A DNA stretch of 64,000 nucleotides from Octopus sinensis. Taxonomy: Eukaryota. The stretch is from the NCBI RefSeq assembly GCF_006345805.1, contig NC_043004.1:105958001-106022000 (forward strand), in the 5' to 3' direction. Below are positions 50,737 to 64,000 of the stretch, in pieces (the first letter of the stretch is position 1; each line of letters opens with the position of its first letter). Under the pieces are notes generated by a model. That model was not told the origin of the DNA. It saw only the letters and a list, made by a program, of their open reading frames with translations, and ran no database searches. Both the position numbers and the translations under genes were made by a program.

Positions 50737-50778
50737 TTTTAACATGACAATTCTCTTCTTTTTCTTTTCTAGGTAAGT
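50737..50778 (+). promoter_or_regulatory. juxtaposed 3'/5' splice signals (candidate recursive splice site)
   Basis: Branch-like TTTTAAC at 50737-43, pure 20-nt pyrimidine tract at 50751-70, AG at 50771-72, GTAAGT at 50773-78. Confidence 0.45.
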
Positions 50779-50849
50779 AACAGAAAGTTTTGGTGAGATA
50801 AATTTGTCTTTTTTTATTTTCTATTAATTTTTTTCAAAGAAATACTCTG

Positions 50850-50911
<62 letters not shown>

Positions 50912-52909
50912 CGTACATGATCATGCTTTCATGCATGTGTTTATGTGTGTGGGTGTGTATGTGTGTGCACATGTGTATTGTGTGCATGCTATTTTACTCT
51001 TTTACTCATTCTAGTCATTGAACTGAGGATTTGGGGAGGTTCCAATATATTTCTTTCTTTCTATCTCTCTCTCACACACACACAAACACACACACACATT
51101 GTCAATATGTGTCGTTTAGAAGTTTACTTCAGATTCACATGGTTCCAGGTTTGGACGCACTGTGCTGCACAACACCTTGGACATGGTCTAACATATGCAT
51201 GGCTGTCTGTGTGTATGTGAGTGTGTGTGCGTGCATGTGTGTGTGTGTGTGTGTGTCTGTGTCTGTGTCTGTGTGTGTGAGAGTGTGTATTCTTTTATTC
51301 TTTTATTCTTTAACTGGTTTCCGTCATTCAGCTGTGGCTATGCTGGAGCACCGTCTTTAGTCGAAAAAATTGACTCCAGGACTTATTCTTTGGAAGCCTA
51401 GTACTTACTTTATAATACCCATTTGCCAAACTGGTATGTTACGGAGATGTAAACACACCAACATAGTTTGTCAAGTGATGGTGGGGTGCACAAACACAAA
51501 CAAACAAACATGTGTGTGCATATATATGTATGTGTGTGTGTGTGGAAGAAGGTTTGAAAATGCAGTTTTAAAGATGTTTATTCACTTGACCTGTTTCACT
51601 TTTTTAGAAAAAGATTGTCATAAGTAAAATGTAAAGCTTTGTATAAGCTTTGTTGTGTTAAGTACTGGTTGTCACAAAAGTATTAAAATACATATATACA
51701 TTCTTTGATAATAATAAGAAAATGTTAAAAACAGTTTACATGAAAATATTTAAGAAAATATTCAACAAAAAGCATTAGGAGTTCAATAAAAATCATGTTT
51801 GTTTGGTAGTATCTATATACATACATAGAAGGGGATATATTTAAGAGTTTACAAAGAATTTGAGGAACCAACCTGTATTCCTGGCATTTTTATTTTGTGT
51901 GTAGCTACGGATTGTTTGCTATTTCAAAGGACAATGTCCCTTAAAATAGCATACAACTTCACTTTGTTATATATATATATATATATACAATGGGCATCTT
52001 TCAGTTTCTGTCTACCAAATCCACTCACAAGGCTTTGGTTGGTCTGAGGCCATAGTAGAAGACACTTGCCCAAGTTGCCACATAGTGGGACTGAACCTGG
52101 AACCATGTGTGGCAAGCTTCTTACCACACAGCCACACTTGTGCCTATCATTATCATCATCATCATCATTATCATTATTTAACCATTTAACATCCAATAAT
52201 GATGATGATGATAGGCACACGTGTGGGTGTGTGGTAAGTAGCTTGCTTACCAGCCACATGATTCCAGGTTCAGTCCCACTATGTGGCACCTTGGGCAAAT
52301 GTCTTCTACTATAGCCTCAGGCCAACCAAAGCCTTGTGAGTTGATTTGGTCGACAGAAACTAAAAGAAGCTTGTCGTATGTGTGTGTGTGTGTATGCGTT
52401 TGTGTGTCTGTGTTTGTCACCCCCACTATCACTTGACAACCGATGTTGGTGTGTTTATGCCCCCGTAACTTAGTGGTTCAGCAAAAGAAGCCAATAAAAT
52501 AAGTATTAGGCTTACAAAGAATAAGTCCTGGAGCTGATGTGTTCGACTAAAGGCAGTGCTCCAGTATGGCCACAGTCAAATGAATAAAACAAGTAAAAGA
52601 ATAAAGGAATATACATATATATATATATATATAGTGTGTATGTGTGTGTGTGTATCTGTGAGTATGTATATATATGTTATGATTTTGCATCAGCATAGTG
52701 ACAGTTTTTAAAATTGAATATACTTATGCTTTAGAGTGAAGTATTAGGAGAGTACAGAGCGTAATATCAATAAGTGATTGACAAAATAACAGGAGTTATG
52801 TAATAGCCTTCATTAGCTTACAGTTATTTAAGCTATTAGAATCAGTGCACTGAGAGCTGAGTGCTCATGCATGATCCTATAGCTTCCTCAGAGCCTTTAA
52901 AATAAAATG

Positions 52910-52922
52910 AGATAGATAGATG

Positions 52923-53014
<92 letters not shown>

Positions 53015-53019
53015 GATAA

Positions 53020-53083
<64 letters not shown>

Positions 53084-53087
53084 ATAA

Positions 53088-53154
<67 letters not shown>

Positions 53155-53159
53155 GATAA

Positions 53160-53239
<80 letters not shown>

Positions 53240-53243
53240 ATAA

Positions 53244-53330
<87 letters not shown>

Positions 53331-53360
53331 GATAAATAGATAGATAGATAGATAGATTGA
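52910..53360. repeat. (TAGA)n tetranucleotide array (~450 bp) with patterned TAAA variants
   Basis: Directly visible. Confidence 0.95.
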
Positions 53361-53799
53361 TTGATGAATAGATACACAGACTCAATGTAGAATTGCAAAA
53401 TTAATGCTTCAAACAAGAATATATCTTGGTATTTTGATTTGTCTGTGTTATGTTCCTTTACATGGAACCAGCTTTGCCTTCATTCTTCTCTATAAAATAA
53501 ATGCCAAACAAAGAACTGGACATAATTGAACAAAACCTATGAAAGCAACCCCCACCTGCCCCCAATGTGGGTGTAGTTCAATGATTGGAACAAGTAAAAG
53601 AATGAGAATATATATTATTTCTTGTTTAAGTCATTGGACTGCAGCCATGCTGGGGCAGCACCTTGGAGATTTTAGTCAAACAAATCAAAGCCCAGTACAT
53701 AGTTTGTTTTTGCTTTTTAATCTGGTACTTATTCGGTGTCTTTTGCTGAATAGCTATGTTATGAGGATGTAAACAAACCAACACTGATTGTGAAGTACA

Positions 53800-53835
<36 letters not shown>

Positions 53836-53920
53836 ACACACACACATGCACATACACACATACATACATACATACATACATACATACATACATACATACA
53901 TACATACATACATACATACG

Positions 53921-54065
53921 CTAGTGTAGCTAGTGTGTGCCGCCTGGGGTAAGCCTTCCGTTTGCTGCTCCCAGACCGCACAGAAAACATATATTGCCTA
54001 CAGCAGACCCAAAGGTGGTGCCCCTTTAAAAGTGCTGCCCCTGCCACCCCCACTAGCTACACTAG
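53921..54065. mobile_element. hAT-like MITE inserted in the (TACA)n linker of a family A SINE
   Basis: Perfect 15-bp inverted repeat ctagtgtagctagtg / cactagctacactag with a GC-rich core. Confidence 0.7.
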
Positions 54066-54544
54066 GTCATACATACATATATACATACAATGGGCTTCCA
54101 CACAGCTTCTGTCTTCCAAATTTCTTCACAAGGCTTTGGTCAGCCCAAGGCTATTCTAGAAGACACTTGTTCAAGGTGCTGCACACTAGAATTGAAACCA
54201 AAACCACATGGTTGCAAAGGGAACTTCTTAACCACACAAAAATACACATGCGTGTTTATTTTTGTTGAATGCATGCAATGAAGAATCCTTCCTGACACCA
54301 GATTTACTGTTAGTTGGACTGATGTTGTTTAATGTGTTTATATGTAGAAGGGAGAGACTAATAGTGGTCTCTGCTTGACATGTCATTTATGTATGCATGT
54401 AGCTATTTTCCTGTATATTTGCATGTGGCTCGTGTGTGAGTCTGATGATGGGGTATATTTGTGTATTATTTTTAAGAGGCAGAAAGTTACAAAAGTAACT
54501 CACAAGCCAAGAATTTCATGCAAGGCACTTATCAAAATTATGCA

Positions 54545-54761
54545 TTGGCAGACTCGTTAGCGCGCCGGGTGAAATGCATAGCGGTATTTCGTCTGTCGTT
54601 ACGTTCTGAGTTCAAATTCCGCCAAGGTCGACTTTACCTTTCATCCTTTCGGGGTCAATAAATTAAGTACCACTTACGCACTGGGGTCGATGTAATCGAC
54701 TTAATCCCTTTGTCTGTCCTTGTTTTTCCCCTCTATGTTTAGCCCCTTGTGGGCAATAAAG

Positions 54762-54766
<5 letters not shown>
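54545..54766 (+). mobile_element. best-preserved family B SINE
   Basis: tRNA-like head with B box gagttcaaattcc; central ctttcatcctttcggggtcaataaattaagtacc; retains CpGs. Confidence 0.9.
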
Positions 54767-54834
<68 letters not shown>

Positions 54835-54835
<1 letters not shown>

Positions 54836-54950
54836 GAGGAGATGCTGGAAAGTGCCTGGTTTAGGGTAAAAGAAAATACAACTGGATCAAATAATTATGA
54901 TTTTATTCAACCTTTTCCCCTCTCAGATTCAGGAACTTTTCAGCACCCTG
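54835..54950. mobile_element. ~116-bp mariner-type MITE
   Basis: TA-tgaggagatgctggaaagtgcctgg ... caggaacttttcagcaccctg inverted termini. Confidence 0.6.
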
Positions 54951-54989
<39 letters not shown>

Positions 54990-55232
54990 GTGTGTGTGTG
55001 TGTGTGTGTGCGTGTGTACGTTTGCATGTGTGTGTGTGTATGTGTGCATATGCACGTTTGCATGTGTGTGTGTGTGTGTGCATGTGCACGTTTGCATGTA
55101 TGTATGTATGATTATAAAGATCTCTGATCAGAGATATTCCAGCTGTGACTACTTTCTCCTATATCATTTTGTATATTTGGTACTACAATGACTGATATAT
55201 AATAGTTTGTTTTGTTCTTTATATATATATAT

Positions 55233-55321
<89 letters not shown>

Positions 55322-56476
55322 GGGTGTGATTTGGGAGAGATTTAGCTGCTATTTTTAGTTGCTGTATTATATTGACATTGTTACCATTCAGTGAAGATGA
55401 TTTTGTGGTGTCTGCTTTCTAAAGTTACTAGGAATCATACTCGCTCACCTAAGATTTCAGTTTTTTATTTTTTCATGTTATTTTAATGGGAAATAATTAC
55501 GAGTTTATTTACAATTAAATCTGAAGAAAACTAAATATTTGTCAATGGCTTCAGGTTAATGTCTGGTCTTTTGTTAAGCTTTGCTGTTATTCATTTACCC
55601 AGCCCAGTATATCATAAAGTGAGAAGCAAGAAATAGTTGTTACTATAATCCTAGCTACTTTATTTATTTACCTTGTTGGATATTTATTTAACTATTTACT
55701 TAACTAGTTGTGTAGACCTTACATATTTTATGCCCCCTCAACATCTGAGTAAGAACATACGAAGAACATTTCTAGCCTTAAGACAAGTTGAAACATCAAA
55801 GCAGTTCTCATTTTCAAAATGACATTAAATTTTGCTATAAATCAGATCAGAACGATATATTCATGTAGAAATAATAAACTTTGTATTTAAAAACTAGTAA
55901 ATTAAAGAAGCAACTAAACTAGTTTCATACTTTATCTAACCCCCCCCCCTCTTCTCTTCATTCCCCTCCCTGCTTCTTCCTACCCTCCTTTCTCTTGCTC
56001 CTCCTCTCATTCACCTATCCTCTTCTGTCTGACCGATTTAAGTTAAAACTTGTTCTGAGTTTGATGTTTATGCTGTATACCTGTTTTTGGTGGTGTTACA
56101 TTGAAAGCTAAACAAAACCTCTATTTAAATTTAAAAGCAAGCAGTACAAAGAGCTATCTTGGTGACCAGAAAGAACTTCCCTGGTTTACATTGTGGAGGG
56201 CAGGGAGTTTTTAAGTTTAAATTTCATTGGAATGCATTCACGAAATGATTGCAATATGTAATGGTGCCAGAGAAGAAAAAAAAGAGAGAGAAATGTAGGC
56301 TATAATATTTAATTCTGGGTGATAAATAGCATTGATATCAACAATTTCTTTATTTGCCATAAAGGTAACGGATGAGGGATTTTACAAAGGTGAAGCAGGT
56401 AACAGTGGGGGTGGGGTTACATGAAATGTGGAGAGAAACAAGAAAATCATAAAAATGCAGTAAAATATATACATAT

Positions 56477-56508
<32 letters not shown>

Positions 56509-57374
56509 TTCACTTTTCCATACTTGAATGGAACAGATGGAGTTCACTGAGGTGGATTTTCTATGGCTGGATGTTTGTCTTGTTACCATCCTTCACCTGT
56601 TTCCAAACAAGATAATATTTCCTTGTTGTCAGACACACTTGCACAGACTATTGGAGGTGAACAACACTGCTTGTATGACAGTGAGATTCATTTACAACAT
56701 TCATGCGATGTCAAGATAAGGAGACACTAGCATATTCACACACTCAGACACTCATGCACGTGTGCATGCATACATACATACATACATACATACATACATA
56801 CATACATACATACATACATACAAATAAACAAACAAACAATAGGCGTTTTGCAGTAGTTCTCATCTTCCAAATCCACAAATCCATTCACAAGGTTTTGCCC
56901 AACCTGGGGGAGGGCTACTGTTGAAGAAATTTGTCCAAGGTGCCATGCAGTAAGGACTGAACCTGAGACCAAGTATATAACAGGTACCAGCTATCTAGGC
57001 ATCAATCAGGGAACCTCAGAAATCCCAGATTACCTAAATAATCCAGATAAGTACCTTCTACCGAGGTAGCAAATTGGAAGAGTCATTAGTGTTAGATAGA
57101 ATACCTTCCAGTATTAGTTTTCACTCTCTGAGGTCAACTGTACCTTTCATCCTTTCAAGGACAATAGAAGCAAATTCCAGACTAGGATGGTAGAATTAGT
57201 AGTTTGTCAGATGAAATGTCTTACTGTATCTTTTCTAGCTCTATGCACTCTGAATTTAAATCCTACCCTATCACCAAATAGTCACTCTTTTGTTAGGAGT
57301 TGTGATAATATCAGCTTTTCCTTTTGTATTGTCTAATTGATAGAGAGCAGAGGCATGTGGCCCAGTGGTTAAGG

Positions 57375-57666
57375 CAGTGTTTCTCAACCTTTTTAGCCTT
57401 GCGTAACCCTTGATATAAATTACATATCTCTAGGAACCCCTGCACAAAAAAAATTATATACCATATCTTTCTCATATATTTTTCATCATAGTTCACATGG
57501 TAAATATTATATATATATATATATAATATATATATATATATATGTAAAATTATATATATATAACGTAAGGTGTACTAGTCATCTGAATGTGGCTAGCCAC
57601 TGGGGGTGGGGTGTTACTGATGCTTTTAGCCCTACACATATGTAAAATTATATATATATATATATC

Positions 57667-57707
<41 letters not shown>

Positions 57708-57808
57708 TTATGAAATTAGCATTAACTTATCTCACTCTTTATCGCAGAACCCCTAGGAACCTTTTGCAGAACACTAGTGTTCCTAGGAACCCCAGTTGAT
57801 AAACACTG
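57375..57808. mobile_element. hAT-Charlie-like MITE inserted in the A box of a CORE-SINE (SINE ~57350-58075)
   Basis: CAGTGTTTCTCAAC...GTTGATAAACACTG termini; perfect 8-bp TSD ggttaagg at 57367-74 and 57809-16. Confidence 0.92.
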
Positions 57809-60800
57809 GGTTAAGGTGTTGGACTCATGATCGTAAGATTGTTTTCAGTTCCTTGACCAAACAATGTGTTGTGCTCTTGAGCAAAACACTTCATTTCTCA
57901 TTGCTCCAGTCCACTCAGCTGGCAAAAATGAGTAATCCTGTAACAGACTGGCATCCTGTTCAGTGGGTAAATATATGTCCACTAAGGAAACCGGAAAACT
58001 GGCTCAAGAAGAACGCTTTATCTAACTTATCCTTAATTGATAGGATGCTTCACTCTACTTATCCTTAATTAATAGAGAGCTTTTGAAATAAGAGAAGAGA
58101 AGTTGATTGCAATTGCTTAAATTTGATTTATGTAAGCTCTTCCATCATAAGTCCATTTGTGTTCCACTTGTCTCTCAGATATATCCGGAGTCATACACAT
58201 TACTGGTTGTTTTACTCAGATTTATGTAAAGTGTTTGAGAGAGTATGCCTTCATTTGTTTTAGAAGATAGTCTACGGAAGGATAGAAGTAGCTTCAACAT
58301 GAGGATTAGAACTCAGCACTGCAGTTTATCACTAATGAACTGAGATTCTTAACCCTTAAGCATTCAGATTATTCTGTCAACTATAATCCTTATTGATTCA
58401 TATGCTTCGAATTAATCATGCATCATCTTTTAGCTTTGAGATTTTAATGATGTCATTTTATATCATTAGAGAAACATTGTAGGCAAGGTGTAATAAACTG
58501 AATAGACCAGTTTGAATAGAAGACAGGTATTTTGTTTTGAGCTGGATATGGCTGGTTTGAATACTACAGGGTTAAGGCAAGCTACTTCAAAGATTTTCTT
58601 CAAAACTGGTCAGGAACTCCCTCTCTTTTTGTATTTTCTTTGCAGACATTGAAGTTAAACGCTACTTGCAGTGACCTCAGTTTTAAAAGACCTCGAAAGG
58701 TTATGAAATTTTTTCATCTTCCTCAGACTAAAATAAAAAAAAAAACTAAAAAAAAACAAAGGTGTATTAATTCTTTGTTAGCTAAGTGTAAACCTAGCAA
58801 TGAAGGTGTTAAAGTGTTTTAAGCAGCAGGATGAGGTTTAACCCTTTTGTTACTGCATTTATTTTGAGATGCTCTGTGGCTCTTTCAATTATTTTAAATA
58901 TAACAATGAATATAGTTAAAAATAATTTAGTTATTATTATGCTAGTGTTAAGAACATAATTGTGACTAAGGTTTGGTGGTATATTTTAATGAAAAACTAA
59001 TGAAAACAAGACATTTATACTACAGAGCTGGTTTTGGCCGGGTTGGTAATGAAAGGGTTAAAATCTTTCATTGACTTGGCTGAAACTATAAGTAATCCTT
59101 GCAGCAGTGCATTCTTTCTTAGATCACTGCATAAGATCGTGTCAAATGATTCAAAAGATATGGGACAATACCATTCAACAGCTGGTAATTATTAATGTCC
59201 ATCTTTCCTACATCATCTGCAGTATTTCCTCTCACTCATACTGCTTTTATTGTTTTCCTCCATTAGCTCAGCCATTTGACAAGTTAAAAGCAAAAAAAAA
59301 TAAACAAAAACAAATATAATCACCTTGAACATTATCCTGAGCATTATCTTAAATATTATCTTAAATATTATCTTATAGGTTTAAGCTGTGAATCGGTACA
59401 AACACTGGATAGATAACAGTTGACAGGGGCCAAGTTCTATTACTGTTGACCATAGGGACACATGATTTGTCATCATAATTTTATGCCTGCTTTCCATGAT
59501 GGTATGGGTTGGAAGGTCATCATGGTGTGAATCAGTTCTTATTGAAATCTACTGCTCTCATAGACTAGTGCTTTTTTGATGTCCCTGTTCCTATGACAGG
59601 ACGCTCTTCCTATCACTAACTACTTTACAGAGTGTAGTAGTTGGATGCATTTTCCTCACGGCACCAGTACTAAAGAGGTTGTTATATCTTCAACAAGACA
59701 ACGCAAAAGGATCTTCTTAACTCCTTGCTTTCTCCACTTGTTTGGCCACCACTTTACAGCATAAATGCACTCAATGTGTTCTAGACACAGTTTTTCATCA
59801 CACTAACACCAAAGAGGTTGTCCAAGTCCTCAGTGAGACCTCTCGAACCTACTTTTCCTTTGTTCACACTTCAATCACTCTAGTGGGTGCCCTGGGGGAA
59901 GGGAGCTTTCTCATTCTTGCACTATAGGTAGAAAGCAATAAGAAAAGTAATAGTAGAAAAAATATCTGAAATCTCAGACAACCTCTCATCAGAGAGACAA
60001 AAGGTTCTACTTAAACACCTGTTGTAACTCCTTACAACACATCCGTAAACTGCATCTTTTTGTCTTTTACCTGATTGACTCCTGCCAATGTAGATCACCT
60101 TTTGTCACCTTAAGCTAAGAAGGAAACCTTTATGTGGTTGCACATTTTGTTAAAAATAACAGCTAAATTTCCTTTGAAACACATCCTGATATTTAAAAAA
60201 AAACAATGGAAGGTCACATTGGACAACATAGGCTCTGTTGTGCAAAAACACAGGATGATTGTGGTTGGAATGCTTTTTGATCACAGATCTGCTGAATCAG
60301 GGCTGTCCAGAGACTAAGCAACAACAATCCCATGTTTATCTCTACTGTTGTTGTTGTCTCAGTCATCAACTCTGCTTAGCTCCACTCCCAGATAACAAAG
60401 TACATCTTCAGCTGCTGTCATACACTAAATAAATCTGGGAATGTTATGAGTCAAGGAAGTTTTTCACATGAACCTGCAATGAAGGTAAACTATGATAAAG
60501 GATATCACTTTACAATGTTTTTACATGTTATAGAAATTGGAGAAGAAAAAATACAACAAAGTCACAGAAGCATGACAGAAATTATTCAAAACATGAAGAT
60601 TGTATCTAGAGATTGTTTTTTAATTTCTCAGGGTTGAACAGTGAAAAGAAAGGAGGGGAAAAAAAAGGGTTCATTAAAAAAAAACAGTCAATGTTATTAT
60701 GTTTGCTCATGATAAGGCAAAGGACTCACTCAATTTGGCAGTCGTAAGAAATGGGGCGGGGGTGTAGAGAGGAAGTTGAAGTAGTGGAACAGAGGAGAAG

Positions 60801-61329
60801 TGAAATATTTAGGTTAGGAGAAATTTAGATACTGGAATAGAAGTCAGAAGGTAGACGTGAAGATATTGAGGTAGAATGAAGGAAGATATTTCCACAGAAT
60901 TCAGTTGCAGAATTTTCCTTTTACTCATCACATCAGTATTAGTCTGTGGGAGGAAACATACCAAAACCATTTTAATTAACTGTCATATGGAACTAAGCTC
61001 ATCTGATGATTTGAGAAATACACTCCTGTCTGAAATATTTTTATATGAGTAATTCAATTGCTCATACAAAAATTGTGTGGATCTGGAAAGAAGTTTTGAT
61101 ATGGTTTATCTTTTAAGACCTTGATGTCTTATATTTTGTTTCCTCATATTTCTCCATCTCTTTATTCCAATATCATCATCATTGTTTTTATATCCACTTT
61201 TCCAAACCTGTATGAGTTGAACAGGTCCCCTCCAATACAGCATCCATCTACTTTATATGATCCTTTGTAAGGTCCAACTTCCTGAGATTAGCTTTCACCA
61301 CTTCTTTCATATTATATCATAACTTGGTG

Positions 61330-61600
61330 GAAATCAGCTGTCTGGTACTGTGGACATGTGATTAGAATGTCACAGGTAAGAATTGCAAGATGATTTCTTC
61401 AGACCAAAACCAACCAGTCGGAGACCTAGATGTAGACTGAGAATGAGATGGTTGGATGATATCCCTCGTTGGTTACACTTGGGAATCTAACTGGAATGTA
61501 CAATGACAGTTGCTTCTGATAGGACCTTATGGAAGAAGTGCTGAGGACTCTACCCCCACGAGCCTCCCATGAATAGTGGGCAGAAAAGTTAGATGGATAT
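61330..61600 (+). pseudogene. RTE (Expander-like) C-terminal fragment, same family as 4055-4463
   Basis: GHVIRMSQVRIAR..LQTKPTSRRPRCRLRMRWLDDI...VASDRTLW. Confidence 0.8.
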
Positions 61601-62592
61601 ATCTTTATAAAGCATTCCTTTTTGTATGTGGTTTGAAAAATTCTTGATGTGAACTCATGTGTTGAAACATATTTCATGTTTTGGGAGGGTCATTATGCCA
61701 ATAAACACACAGAGACACACACTGGTTCCATTTCACTTCTTTATTGTTTTCTCTTTTTTTTTTTGGTCAATTGGTTTAACTATTTAACCAATTAACTAAT
61801 TGCTTGTTTGATTAATTCTTCAGTCAATCAATCAATTTGTAGGTGTGTCAACATTTTCCTAAAATTCCTTTTAACACAACAACAGCAACAACAATATTGC
61901 TCTTCAAAAGTTTCATAATTTGAATTAACCTGAGAGATATTATAAGAACTGGTTGATGATTTTCGCTCTGTTCACTATTGGAAAAGAGTCAAACTTAGAT
62001 GTATCAACGCCAAATGATTTTTACCTCAGGAAAATCTCAAAATGTGAATAAATGTGCATTCTTCCATTTAATGTTTGATTTATTATAGAAGAGTAGTATA
62101 TTTGATGAAGGTTTCACTACAAAGAAGGAGAAATCTGGACAGAATCATTTATTTTCAAATGGAGAACTTTATTCAGACAATTTGCCAATTTGCACAATAT
62201 ATCATTATTAACTAGATAAAAAAAAAAGCTAATCAAAGAACATTACCTGAAAGAGATGTTGCCTTATACTAGGTAATTTCCACAAGATTAACATTATTGA
62301 AATAAGTTGATCTAGATTGAAAAGAAAAAAAGATGTTGTGATTCATCTACCAAATTTACTTGATACAGAACTGTCCATTTACCATCTGTTCAGTGTTTAT
62401 AGAACCATATGGTAGAACAGAAATTTACAGACATTTGGAACATATCAGAAATAAAAAATTCCTAAACTATTAGCCAAATAGTTTTTGCAGAGATTTAACC
62501 AAAAATTTGGCATAGAGCTAAAGAATCAAAATAGAAAATGATAAAAATAACATATAACATAGATTTTTGCTTTACTATTATTATTATTATTA

Positions 62593-62644
<52 letters not shown>

Positions 62645-64000
62645 CTGTTTAATTCTTTTCTTCCATATACTTTCTATCTTCCAAAAGTTTTTTATTAATT
62701 TCTGACAAATATTAATTACTCGAAAACAGTTCAAAATATTTTTTTTTCCTACGAGTAAACACAATAAAAGCAATCAATTATTTTTTCAATTAAAACACAC
62801 ATTAAAATCTTGTTTTTTTTTTTTTTGAGAGAAAGGGACGAATATAGATACAAAGACTTCCAAGGGAGAGTAAATGAAATGTTGCTTTAGCTATGTCTTC
62901 CTAATGAACATTAGCGAGATAATTAATGTGAAAAATTAATTCTATCTAAAAATTAAAATTGTGCTACCAACCTGGTTTGCTGCCAGGAGCTTACCAATAT
63001 TAAATGCCACTTATAAAAGAAGGAAGCAAAATGGTTTCTTAAAATAGATCATTACTACCTTCACCAAGGAGCCAGTTCATATCACTAATACCTTTGAATT
63101 CTGTAGCAGAAGATCTAAAAACATTCAGAACCGTCTAACATCGGTTACAGAGGAGAAACATCTAGAACTGTTGAAAAACAAAATATGTGCAGTTAATTTT
63201 CTCAGTAAAGATGGAATTCATACATAATCCCAAGTGGTTGTATGAACTTCTTTTCAAGAATCATGAGGAAAGAAAAAAAAAACAATATATCTGTAATTGC
63301 TCGAGAAAAAAACTCACACACAAAATATATTGTGAATTTACAACAAGCTCAACAGAGGAGGTAGATTCCTTTCAGTTGGTCCCATTTTAACTGGTTTTAC
63401 AATGATTAACTGAATTAACCATGAATGAGAATCAATTAGCAATCAGGAATTATATAAGAATTACAGAATTTAAACTCTGAATACCATCAGTTCAAACTAG
63501 AGCAAATTCCAAGCCACGTCACTGGTTACACAAGATTTACTTGACTTTTCATTCTCTTCTCTTTCTTCCTCTATCTCTCTCTCTATATTTCTCTCTCACC
63601 CTTCTCACTTTCCTCTTTTTCTTTTTGTTGTTGCTATTGTTGTTGCTTTGGAGGAATTTTCTTTTTATCTTCTGCTAATTTTTACAAGACCAACTTTCTA
63701 GACAGGTATTTTCTCACCAAACAACAAAGTCTGGGATTCTTCAGTTTCTTTGTATGTATAATGTTTTCTGTTTCATTCCTAGAATATTTGTTTTATCAAT
63801 GAATTCATTGTTTTCTTGTTAAGTTTTAGGTAGCTGTGGGAGTAGATTAGCTAACCAGTCTCCTGGATCATCCCTCATGCGTTTCATATCTCCCTGAATT
63901 GAAGAGGGATTTAAATAGTCGCCCAAATTCATTTTAGGTTTTCTGCAGTTTTGAGTGTAATAAAGAAATAGCTGCAACAACACAACATTGTAGGTTACCA

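Noticed and set aside
52877-53416. Long ORFs of (YLSI)n
   Set aside because: Read-through of the TAGA microsatellite. The same applies to the many YI, CV, HT, poly-T/V/L/I ORFs in the track.
61365-61385. cacag|gtaaga as a splice donor or second recursive site
   Set aside because: It lies within an RTE coding remnant (GHVIRMSQVR) and has no pyrimidine tract.
63048-63227. 60-codon + strand frame (IITTFTKEPV...) and 59-codon minus frame (63819-63998) as CDS
   Set aside because: Dozens of stop-free frames this long are expected by chance in 64 kb, and no motif was recognised. Kept only as part of the low-repeat-region finding.

Overview
Eukaryotic, AT-rich, repeat-saturated DNA. The mix of tRNA-derived CORE-type SINEs, RTE-tailed SINEs and dense microsatellites fits a coleoid cephalopod (Octopus-like) genome; that assignment is inference from repeat content. 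No complete protein-coding gene is visible, and almost all ORF-track entries are microsatellite or SINE read-through. Supported coding remnants are all transposon-derived: a full-length decayed mariner (9137-10389), a fold-back Tc1/mariner derivative carrying transposase C-termini on both arms (14188-15010), a Gypsy 5' LTR + tRNA-Ser PBS + gag fragment (21218-22085), two R4/Dong-like RLE fragments, a CR1 3' end and several RTE fragments. There are also many hAT-, piggyBac-, Tigger- and mariner-type MITEs, several nested with clear TSDs. Best leads: two degenerate minimal hammerhead ribozymes in Penelope-like repeats, a 555-bp element found twice inside (TAA)n arrays, a candidate recursive splice site at 50772/50773 downstream of a candidate + strand promoter (~38.0 kb), and a family of TA-anchored AT-rich elements with variable hairpin cores. 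Coordinates and identities were read by eye.
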